Shown piece by piece: positions 1 through 8,900 of a DNA stretch of 61,677 bases. Where the stretch lies: the NCBI GenBank assembly GCA_021801925.1, contig JAKABH010000004.1, forward strand, positions 1-61,677. The letters are read 5' to 3'. The DNA comes from Thermoplasmata archaeon (lineage in GTDB: Archaea; Thermoplasmatota; Thermoplasmata; Lutacidiplasmatales; UBA184). How positions within the stretch are numbered: the stretch's first letter is position 1; the number at the start of each line of letters is the position of its first letter. Made by a program: the position numbers and the translations under genes. The notes under the pieces were generated by a model that saw only the letters and a list, made by a program, of their open reading frames with translations, did no database searches and had not been told where the DNA came from.

Positions 1-1049
1 GTTCGCGCGGGGGGTGGCGGGGTCGGAGGCGGGGCGATTGCCTTGAAGCGCGCGATCGCCTCGACCGGCTCCGGATCGACCCCGCCCCGCTCCGCGAGGA
101 ACAGGCTCACGTGATCTCCAAGGGCGATTCCCCCGACGATCGCCTCGAGCCGATCCGACCCCGTGAGCGCCACCCGCACGACGCGGACCCCCCGTTCGGC
201 GAGGAGGCTCCGTACGGCGTCGGCGAGGCGGGGGGCGGGCGGGCGGGCCTCGTCCCAGAGCAGCTGGACCACCGCGAGCCGCCCGGCCTCGCGCCGGGAG
301 AGGGCCGCCCAGGCGACGACCGCGTTGTGCAGGATCTCGGGGCTCTCGTCAAAGACCGCCAGCCGCTTCGCGTTCTCCTCGAACTGGGTCGCCCAGCGGC
401 GCGCAACCCCCGCGAAGTCGCTGTCGGCGTAGAGGAACGGCAGCCGGGGCCCGATCGCCTCGGCGATCCGGGCCGCCGGGCCGCGGGGCCGCGCGCAGGC
501 CGCCACGTAGCTACGGAGGCCCTCGGCGACCCGACGGACTCGTTCGTCGTTCGACTCGGGGAACCACGGGTCCAGGAGGCCAAGGAGGCCCCCCAGGATC
601 GATCCGACCGCGGCGCGGGGCGGCCGGCCCGGCGGCAGCGGGAGCATCGGGACGCCGTCGCGGGCCGCGCGCTCGGCGAGGGCGCCGCCGCTGGTCACGA
701 CGACGCGCGGGGCGCCGACACGGGCCGCGGCGTCGTAGGCCTGGAGCGCCTCCGTCGTGTTCCCGGAGTAGCTCACGACGACGACCCGCGCCCGGGCGTT
801 GACGGGGGCGGGCAGCCCGGGCGACCGGACCACGATGAGCGGCCCCGACGCCTCGGCGTCGACGAGGCCCCGCACGAGCTCCCCCGCGATCCCGGATCCG
901 CCCATGCCGACGACATACAGCGGCGCCGGGGTCGATTCCGAGGGGATCGACAGTTCGCGCCCGAGGCGGAAACCCTCGAGGAAGGCGCTCGGCATCGCGG
1001 CGGCCAGGGCGCGGAGGCGGTGCAGACCGTCCGGGGCGGCGTGCGGCAT
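1..1049 (-). CDS. Bifunctional phosphoglucose/phosphomannose isomerase (SIS domain), 3' end runs off the window
   Basis: Not in the ORF track (no stop inside the window). Manual translation from ATG at 1049 gives GMGGSGIAGE, SYSGNTTE, TSGG, RRWATQFEENAK and PEILHN, the motifs of archaeal PGI/PMI. Confidence 0.88.
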   Translation of the reverse strand, partial: MPHAAPDGLHRLRALAAAMPSAFLEGFRLGRELSIPSESTPAPLYVVGMGGSGIAGELVRGLVDAEASGPLIVVRSPGLPAPVNARARVVVVSYSGNTTEALQAYDAAARVGAPRVVVTSGGALAERAARDGVPMLPLPPGRPPRAAVGSILGGLLGLLDPWFPESNDERVRRVAEGLRSYVAACARPRGPAARIAEAIGPRLPFLYADSDFAGVARRWATQFEENAKRLAVFDESPEILHNAVVAWAALSRREAGRLAVVQLLWDEARPPAPRLADAVRSLLAERGVRVVRVALTGSDRLEAIVGGIALGDHVSLFLAERGGVDPEPVEAIARFKAIAPPPTPPPPAR

Positions 1050-1168
1050 CGGGGGGTCCTCGGCCCGGTGGCCTTAGCGCTTGCGCGCCCCCTCGACCGA
1101 AGGTTCAAGAGGCGGCGACCCGTGGTACGGACGTCCGACGGTCTTTGGACCGGGCGGCGAGGTCGCTC

Positions 1169-3658
1169 GTGAGGTCGCATGCCGAGGCCGGTCCTCCTTC
1201 GGGGTCGCCGCGGATGTCGACCGGCAACGCCGACCTCGATCGCATGCTCGAGGGGGGCCTCCTGCCCCGCCGGCCCTACCTCGTCGTCGGCGCGTCCGGG
1301 ACCGGCAAGTCGACGCTCGCCCTCCAGTTCCTCTGCGACGGGGTCCGGCGCGGGGAGCGGGTGCTGTTCGTGACCCTGGAGGAGCCCCCGAACGAGATCG
1401 TCTGGAACCACCGGGCGCTCCTCCCCGAGCTGGCGGAGATCGACGTCTTCGATGCGATCCCCGACGTGATGCGGTACGAGCGCACCCCGTTCAAGGACAT
1501 CGCCTCGGTCCGCGCGGCGGTCCCGTTCGGGAGCATCGACCCGACGATCCGCCGTACCCCCGAGCTGACGAGCGTCGAGGTGACGATCTCCGCGCTGGAA
1601 CAGATGCTCCGCACCGAGGTCCTCCGGAAGGGGTACCGCCGGGTCGTCGTCGACTCGCTCACCGCCCTCCAGTACTTCTGCATGAAGGGGTACGACCCGG
1701 CCCTCGGCGCCCAGTCGTTCCTCCGCTTCCTTTCGGATCTCCGCGTGACGACCCTGCTGACCGTCGAGTCGCCCCTCGAGGACTTCGAGACTCCCGAGCA
1801 GATGCTCGCCCGGGGGGAGATCCGCCTGTTCCGGTGGGAGGCGGACGGGGTGACCGTGCGGGCGATCGGGGTCGAGAAGTTCCGCGGGAGCTCCCACGAC
1901 GTGCGGCTCCACCCCTACCGGATCGGCCCGCACGGGATCGACATCAATCTCGGGGCCACGATCTCCCGCGACACGCAGGCCGTCGTCGCCGAGCTCGCGG
2001 TCGGCCCGACCGACACCGGCGAGCCGCCGCTGCACGAGCCGAGCCCGGTCGAGCTGCTGGAGATCGAACTGCGCGACCTCCAGACGATCGGCCGCGGCCT
2101 TGGGCCGATCCGAGCGGCCGTCGAGGCCGCGCTCGCCGCCGCCCGCGCCGGGGAGCTCGGCGAGGCGGCGCACCACCTGGCCCGGGCGCTGGCCGAGGCC
2201 TCCGTCCCTCCGGACGAGAGCGCGATGCTCCACCACACGCTCCCCCCTCCGGGGGAGGCGGCCCTGGCGCGGATCCTGGCCCGCGCGGAGGCGACGCGGG
2301 TGGGGATCGCCCCGGCCCGGCTGCCCGAGCCGCCGATCCTCGCGGCCCAGCTGATGCGGCTGCTCGCGGAGGCCCTCCCGGCCGCTCCCGGCCCCGAGAC
2401 GCTGCCCCCGGAGGGGCCCACCTCGCTCCCGACCTCCCCGTCCGAGGCGACCCCCTCCCCGGCCCCGGAGACGTTCGGCGAGCCGGCCGCCGCCGTGTTG
2501 GCCTCCGCGGCGCCCGTCGAGGATGGGCGAGATCCGCACGGCGCTCGGCGTGTCGACGGAAACCTCCCGCCCGGCTCTCTCCCTCCCGAAACCCCCGCCG
2601 AGCCGCCGACCGTTGCGACGGAGGAGCTCCCGGGCGCCATCGCCTCCCCGCTCCGCCCGCTCCCCTCCGCGGCCGCGCCGTCCGGACCGGCGGCGGCGGT
2701 CCCCGGGATCGGGGATGCCGCCGGCCCCGGCCCGTCGGGCGGGCCGACCCCGACGAACGGCGGTCCGAGCACGGGGGGGGCGTTCTCTCCCGTCTCCCAC
2801 CCGACGCCGCCCTTCGGCACCCCCGCGCCGCCGTCGACTCCCGCCCCCGCCGACGTCGCGTCTCCCCGGATCCCGACGACGGGGCCGACCGCCTCCGGGC
2901 CGGAGGAGCCCCCTTCGCCAACAAGTTCCGGAGCGGAGCGTCCGGCCCCGCCTCCGATGCCGACAGGTACATCCCCCGCCTACGAACCGCCGACCCCCGC
3001 TCCCCCCGCTCCCGAGGAGTCGGCGTCGAGCGACGAGGCGCGCCCCGGCCTCCGCCCGGCGGCACCGGTCGAGGGGACCGCCGCGGCGGTGGCGGGGCTT
3101 CCGCTCCCGGCCGCCTCCTTAGGTCCCCCGGGCCGGCCCGTGGAGTCGGCGCCGTCGGCGGGCCCCGCCCGGTTCCCGCCGCACCCAGCCCCGTCGGCCG
3201 CCGCTCCGGATCTCCTGCATCTCCCCCTCCCCGCCCGCCCATCCTTGCCGGTCGTGCCGCGATGGGACGAGGCCGGCGGCGTCGCCGCCGCTCCGGGGTC
3301 CGACGGCCCTCGAACCTCCTCCCGCTCGGTGGCCCCCGAAGCCGAGCCGTCGGCGCCGCGGAAGCGAAAGCGGGCCGCCGGCCCGCCCCGCCGGCGCGGC
3401 CCGGCCGTCGCCGGTACCGGGGAGGCGACGTCGGTCGAACCGGACCCATCGTCGGGCCCGGCGCCGGCGAAGGCGAGGCGGAAGTACGTACGCAAGAAGA
3501 AGGCGCCGCCCGTGCTGGCGGCGACCCCCGGCCCCGCTCCCGAGGGGGGGACCGCCGCCCCGCCGCCGGACGGGCCCGAACCGGCGCCGGCCGGACCGAT
3601 CCCCGCGCCCGCTGATCCGGCGGATGTTCCGTCGCGGGATCCCCCGGAGGCGACGTGA
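1169..3658 (+). CDS. KaiC/RAD55-like RecA-superfamily ATPase with helical linker and long Pro/Ala-rich C-terminal tail
   Basis: STGNADLDRMLEGGL, Walker A GASGTGKS, Walker B VVVDSLT, EKFRGSSHD. The last ~430 aa are low complexity. Start uncertain (1145, 1169 or 1214). Confidence 0.85.
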   Translation: MRSHAEAGPPSGSPRMSTGNADLDRMLEGGLLPRRPYLVVGASGTGKSTLALQFLCDGVRRGERVLFVTLEEPPNEIVWNHRALLPELAEIDVFDAIPDVMRYERTPFKDIASVRAAVPFGSIDPTIRRTPELTSVEVTISALEQMLRTEVLRKGYRRVVVDSLTALQYFCMKGYDPALGAQSFLRFLSDLRVTTLLTVESPLEDFETPEQMLARGEIRLFRWEADGVTVRAIGVEKFRGSSHDVRLHPYRIGPHGIDINLGATISRDTQAVVAELAVGPTDTGEPPLHEPSPVELLEIELRDLQTIGRGLGPIRAAVEAALAAARAGELGEAAHHLARALAEASVPPDESAMLHHTLPPPGEAALARILARAEATRVGIAPARLPEPPILAAQLMRLLAEALPAAPGPETLPPEGPTSLPTSPSEATPSPAPETFGEPAAAVLASAAPVEDGRDPHGARRVDGNLPPGSLPPETPAEPPTVATEELPGAIASPLRPLPSAAAPSGPAAAVPGIGDAAGPGPSGGPTPTNGGPSTGGAFSPVSHPTPPFGTPAPPSTPAPADVASPRIPTTGPTASGPEEPPSPTSSGAERPAPPPMPTGTSPAYEPPTPAPPAPEESASSDEARPGLRPAAPVEGTAAAVAGLPLPAASLGPPGRPVESAPSAGPARFPPHPAPSAAAPDLLHLPLPARPSLPVVPRWDEAGGVAAAPGSDGPRTSSRSVAPEAEPSAPRKRKRAAGPPRRRGPAVAGTGEATSVEPDPSSGPAPAKARRKYVRKKKAPPVLAATPGPAPEGGTAAPPPDGPEPAPAGPIPAPADPADVPSRDPPEAT

Positions 3659-4437
3659 GCGCGCCGATCCCCACCCCGACCGTGGAGCGGGTCGCCACGG
3701 GGATCCCCGGCCTCGACCGGATGCTCGGCGGCGGGCTCGTCGGGGGGCGGCCCTACCTCCTGACCGGGGGGACCGGGAGCGGGAAATCGCTGGTCGCGCT
3801 CACCTTTCTCCTGGAAGGGATCCGCCGCGGGGAGGAGGTCCTCCTGGTGGCGGTCGACGAGCCGCCGGGGGAGATCATGGAGAACGTGCGAACGTTCGGC
3901 TGGGATCTCTCGGCGGTCCACACGCTCGACGCGAACCCGGGAGTGAAGGCGTTCCGCCGCACCGCGGCGGTCCAGGAGATCCGCGCCCTCAACGACCTCA
4001 AGACGATGCGCGACATCGCGCAGGAGGGCAAGCGAACCTCCGACCCGGAGGATATCGCGATCCAGGGGATCCAGCTCAAGCTGCGCCAGCAGATGGACGG
4101 GGGTCGCTACACCCGGGTCGTCGTCGACTCGATGACCTCGATCCGGCGGTTTGCGGTGAAGTCGTCCGCCGACCCCCAGGCGGAACGGACCGAGATCCAG
4201 TCGCTGCTGCGGTTCCTTTCCGAGTCCGGCGTCACGACGCTGATCACCGCGACCCCGAGCAACCCGGCGCTCCTCACGCCCGAGGAGATCCTCACCCGCG
4301 GGGAGATCCTCCTGACCCGCAAGTGGATCGGCGACCGGTCCGTCCGTCAGGTGAAGATCGTGCGGATGCGCGGCTGCGCCCACGACCCCGAGCGGCGGCC
4401 GTTCGTCATCGGCCCCCGCGGCGTCGTGGTCGGGTAG
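3655..4437 (+). CDS. Single-domain KaiC/RAD55-like ATPase
   Basis: RVATGIPGLDRMLGGGL, GGTGSGKS, VVVDSMT, VRMRGCAHD. 4-nt GTGA overlap with the upstream gene. Confidence 0.9.
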   Translation: MSAPIPTPTVERVATGIPGLDRMLGGGLVGGRPYLLTGGTGSGKSLVALTFLLEGIRRGEEVLLVAVDEPPGEIMENVRTFGWDLSAVHTLDANPGVKAFRRTAAVQEIRALNDLKTMRDIAQEGKRTSDPEDIAIQGIQLKLRQQMDGGRYTRVVVDSMTSIRRFAVKSSADPQAERTEIQSLLRFLSESGVTTLITATPSNPALLTPEEILTRGEILLTRKWIGDRSVRQVKIVRMRGCAHDPERRPFVIGPRGVVVG

Positions 4438-4530
4438 CCGGCCCCCGAGACGGGGATCGTCCGGCTCGGGGCCGGGCGGGGCGCGGGGCCGCGCGGGCCG
4501 GGCGGCGGAGGGGGGAGCCCGGCGGCGACG

Positions 4531-5790
4531 CTACGGGAGGACCGACGGGTCCCGGGCCAGGAGCCGACCGGCCGCCTCCGCGTAGCGGGGGTCGGCGAAG
4601 ACCGTGATCGCCGAATCGGCCGGGGCGCGCGTCGCGAGGAGGAGCCAGAGGCTGGGCTCGCGGAACGGGAACGTGGTGCGGCCGTCGGCGTACAGGGCGA
4701 TCTCTCCCCACTCCCGGGCGGGATCGCCGCGCGGCGCCAGGCTCGCTAGGTCGAGCAGGACCGTTCCCGGCGGGGCCCCGAGGCGCGCGGCGAGATCGTC
4801 CTCCAGCGCCCGGCGCCGGGGCGGGTCGTCGAGCAGCCGCTGCCAGCGACGGAGCTCGCCCCGCGCCGGCTTCGGCCAGCCGAAGACGCGTTTGTAGAGG
4901 CGACGGGCGAGGATGCCTTCGACGAGCGCCGTCGTCCGCCCCCCCGCCGCCGGCAGCCGGACGAGCCATTCCGCATCGGTCCATCCGAACGTCGCGCGGG
5001 CCGTCTCGGGGAACCCCGGGGAGCGCTCGAGGGCGGCCTGGGCCATCGCCTCGGCCGACCGCACGGTCTTGTGGTAGTAGACGGTCTGGTACATGAGGGC
5101 CCGACCGACCAGGAACCCCTCGACCGCGCCCCGGCCCTTCTCCGCGAAGACGACCCGCGGCCCCGCCCGCCGCAGGGTCTGGAGCAGCCGGACCGCATCG
5201 ATCGCTCCGTGGGCGACCCCGGTGTAATGGGCGTCCCGCTGGAGGTAGTCGATGCGGTCCGCATCGACGGCGCCGTGGAGGAGACCGCCCCACCACCGCG
5301 GTCGCGCCTTCGCCCCCGCGGGATCGACCAGGTCCGCCACCTCGCGGGGCCGGAGACCGTGCCGCTCGAGGAGCCGCGGGATCTCGCCGGACGGGGCCGG
5401 CCCGATCCCGAGGATGCGGGCCCGCGACAGCCGCTCGTGGCCGTGCCCGAGCGCCTCCTCCATCGACGCGTCGAACGTGTGGGAGAACGGACCGTGTCCG
5501 AGATCGTGCAGCAGCGCGGCGGTCCGCAGGAGGGCGGCGGCGTTCGCGTCGAGCCCGAGCGTCTCGGCCATCTGACCGGCGACCCAGTACGTGCCGAGCG
5601 AATGCTCGAGCCGGGTGTGGTTCGCCCCCGGAAAGACGAGGTGGGCGAAGCCGGTCTGGCGGATCCCCCACAGCCGCTGGAACTCGGGGGTGTTCACGAG
5701 CGCGAGGGCCGCCTCGTCGAGCACGACCGTCCCGTGCACGGGATCGAAGATCGTCTTGCGGGGAGCGGCGACGCGGGCGGCGCGGGACAC
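4531..5790 (-). CDS. HD-domain phosphohydrolase (SAMHD1/dNTP triphosphohydrolase-like)
   Basis: IFDPVHG, FQRLWGIRQ, HTRLEHSLG, LLHDLGHGPFSH, DADRIDYLQRDA, MYQTVYYHKT. Confidence 0.9.
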   Translation of the reverse strand: MSRAARVAAPRKTIFDPVHGTVVLDEAALALVNTPEFQRLWGIRQTGFAHLVFPGANHTRLEHSLGTYWVAGQMAETLGLDANAAALLRTAALLHDLGHGPFSHTFDASMEEALGHGHERLSRARILGIGPAPSGEIPRLLERHGLRPREVADLVDPAGAKARPRWWGGLLHGAVDADRIDYLQRDAHYTGVAHGAIDAVRLLQTLRRAGPRVVFAEKGRGAVEGFLVGRALMYQTVYYHKTVRSAEAMAQAALERSPGFPETARATFGWTDAEWLVRLPAAGGRTTALVEGILARRLYKRVFGWPKPARGELRRWQRLLDDPPRRRALEDDLAARLGAPPGTVLLDLASLAPRGDPAREWGEIALYADGRTTFPFREPSLWLLLATRAPADSAITVFADPRYAEAAGRLLARDPSVLP

Positions 5791-5900
5791 GCCGTCCGGA
5801 GCCGTTGCGGCGGATAAGCGGCCCCGGGGGGCCGGGGACGGGCCCGTTCCTAGCCGGGTCGAGCCAATGATTTATCCCGCCCAGCGGCTGATAGACGGCC

Positions 5901-8900
5901 ATGTCCTCGCCGGCGAGCGACGGCGCCGCACCTTCGCCTCCGGCGGCCCGGTCCCTCGACGACCTGCGCCGGGGCTACCGGGAGGCCGCGAGCGCCGAAG
6001 CCTCCCCCGACCGCGAGCAGTACGTCTCCCTGCTGAAGCGGTTCCTGGCCGACGCGGAGGCCCGGGCCGACGCGCTCCCGCCGGTCGGCGAGGAGTTCGG
6101 GCCGATGCTCGACGAGACGGCGATGGCGTTCTATCGCGCCGGGCTACCGGCGCTCGCCCGACGGGCCGTCGATCTCGGCCTCGCGGCCGACCCCGGCTCC
6201 GTCCCGCTCCTCCACCACAAGGCGCTCGTGCTCCTCGCCCAGAACGACGATCTCCCCGAGGTCGTCTCCCTCGTCGACCGCGCCCTCGTCGCGAGCCCCC
6301 ACGACCGGGCGCTGTGGGGGACGAAGGGCGATGCGCTCCGCCTGCTCGAGCGACCCCGCGAGGCGGTCGAGGCCTACCTCGCCGCGCAGCAGCTCGACCC
6401 CGATTCGACGCAGTACGTCGACCGGGCCCTCAAGGTCGCTCCGAACGATCCGACGGCGCTCCGCGTCAAGCTCGACCTTGCCCGCTCCTCCGGGGGCGAT
6501 GCCGGTGCGCTGCAGGCGGCCGAGGAGCTGCTCAAGGGATCGCCGAACGACCCCGAACTGCTCGGCGCGCGGGCGCGCCTGCTCGAGGGACTCGGCCGCC
6601 CGGCCGACGCCCTCGAGGCGCTGGACGCCGCGCGGGCCAACGGCTTCGCGGAGTCGACCGATCCCGCGCTCCGGATCCGGCTGCTGTTCGAGCTCGGCCG
6701 CGACGCGGACGGGACCGTCGCCGCCCGGCAGCTCACCGAGGCCGCGGCGCCGCCCAGCCCCGCGGCGCTCGCGGAGATCGCCCGGCGGACGGCCGAGAAG
6801 GCCCCCGAGGTGGCGCTGCGCGCGCGGGAACGGCTCGCCGAGGCGGAGCCGAGGAATCTTCAGAACCTTAAGGAGCTGCGGGCGCTCGCCGTCCGCCTCG
6901 ACCAGCCGGAGGTCGCCCTGGCGGCGTGCCGCACGCTCCTCGAGGTCCAGCCGGACCACCTGGAGGCGCTGGCGGGCGTCGCCGAGCTCGAGGCGGCCGG
7001 GGGCCGGATCGACGAGGCGATTGCCGCCTACCGCACGATCGGCCGCCTGCAGCCTCAGGCCGTCGCGGAACTCCGGAGGGGGCTCGAGCTCGCCCGGCGG
7101 GAGCACCGCGACGCCGCGGTCCTCGAGTTCGCGACGGCGATCCTCGCCGCCGAGCCGACCGACGTCGCCGCCCAGGTCGAGCTCGCGCGGGCGCGGGCCG
7201 ACTCGGGTGACGCCGCGGGGGCCCTTGCGCTGTACGACGCGCTACTCGCCGCGCATCCGGGGCAGCTGCCGTACCTCCTCGAGAAGCGGCAGGTCCTCGC
7301 CCAGAGCCGCGACCCGGCCCAGCTGGCCCCGGTGCTCGACGAGCTGTTCCACCTCGACCCGACCCGCACCGACGTCGCCGTGGAGCGGGGGAACCTCTAC
7401 CTCGGCCTCGCCTACGATCGCCCGACCGGCTCGGACGAGCGGGAGCGGGCGGCGCGGACGGCGCTCGTCGCCTACGAGCGGGCCTCGGGCGACGCCGAGG
7501 CGGCCCCGGTCGCCGAGCTCGGGATCGCCCGCGCCTCCCGGCTCGTCGGCGACCACGACCGGGCGGTCCGGTCGTACACGGCCTTCCTCGATCGTCCCGA
7601 GAACCACTCCCGCCCCGACGTCCTGAAGGAGCTCGGGAGCACCCTGCTGGAGGTCGGCCGCTACGGGGCAGCCCTCGACGTCTACCTGCGCGCGATCCGC
7701 GCCGGCGGCGACGATCCCGAGCTCCGATGGGGCGCCGTCGACGCCCTCGACCACCTGAACGAGGGGGCCCGGGCGCTGCCGATCCTCGAGTCGTTGCTGA
7801 AGGAGGAGCCGGAGAACCCGCTCTACCTGCGTCGGCTCGGCCAGGTGCTGTTGCACCTCGGCCGGCGGGAGGAGGCGATGCGGGCGCTGCAGCGCGCCGT
7901 CGCCGGTGCCGGCTCGGACGCCCACGCCTACTTCGAGGTCGCCGAGGCGCTGCGGGCCCAGGGGGCCTACGCCGACGCCGTCGACTACTTCAAGCGGGGT
8001 CTCGCCGTCGAGCCGAAGAGCCCCCACGGCCGCGTCGCGCTCGCCGAGACGCTGACCCAGACGGGCCAGTACACCGAGGCGATCCAGATCACGGACCCGC
8101 TGCTGAAGGAGGACCCGAACAACGTCGCCGGCTGGAAGGTCCGCGCCGACGCGTGGCGCGCCCTCGGTCGACCCGCCGAGGTCCTCTACTCGCTCCAGGC
8201 GATCCTGCTCTTAGAGCCGGACCACGCCCCGTCGCTCCTCGAGAAGTACCGGCTCCACCACGACGCCGGCGAGACGCGGGAGGCCTACGAGGTGCTCACC
8301 CGGCTGCTCGCCACCGCCGCCCCCGAGGCCCAGGACGCGAACCTCCACCTCGAGCGCGGCGATCTCGCAGCGCGGCTCGGCCTCACCGAGGAGGCGAACC
8401 GGTCGTACGAACGGGCCGCCGAGATCGATCCCACGCTCCGGGCCGAGATCGCGATGCGCCGCGCCCGGCTCCGGCTCACCGCCGGCCGCCCCGACCTCGC
8501 CCTCGAGGTCCTCGAACCCGGCGCGGGCGACGGGCCGGCCGCGCCGCCCACGACCGGCCTGTTGCTGCTCCGCGCCGAGATCCTGACGGCCCTCGAGCGG
8601 CCGTCGGAGGCCCGCGCGGTCTTCGAGGAGGTGCTCGGACGGGACCCGAAGTCCCCCGTCGCGCTCGCGGGGGTCGGCCGCACGATGCTCGACGAGGGCC
8701 GCCACGCGGAGGCGGCCGACTACCTGCGCCGCGCGCTAGGGAAGGGTCCGGCGCACGAGCCGACGTACCTCCTGCTCGCCGAGGCCGAGAGCGGCGCCGG
8801 CCATCTCGACCGGGCGGAGGAGGCGCTCCGCCAGGGAACGGCCGCCCTTCCGAAGAGCACCGCCCTCTGGGCGAGGCTCGGCGAGGTCGGCATCGCCCGG

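Noticed and set aside
1169-4437. Circadian clock (kaiC) call
   Set aside because: These are single-domain RAD55-type ATPases, and there is no kaiA or kaiB in the window.
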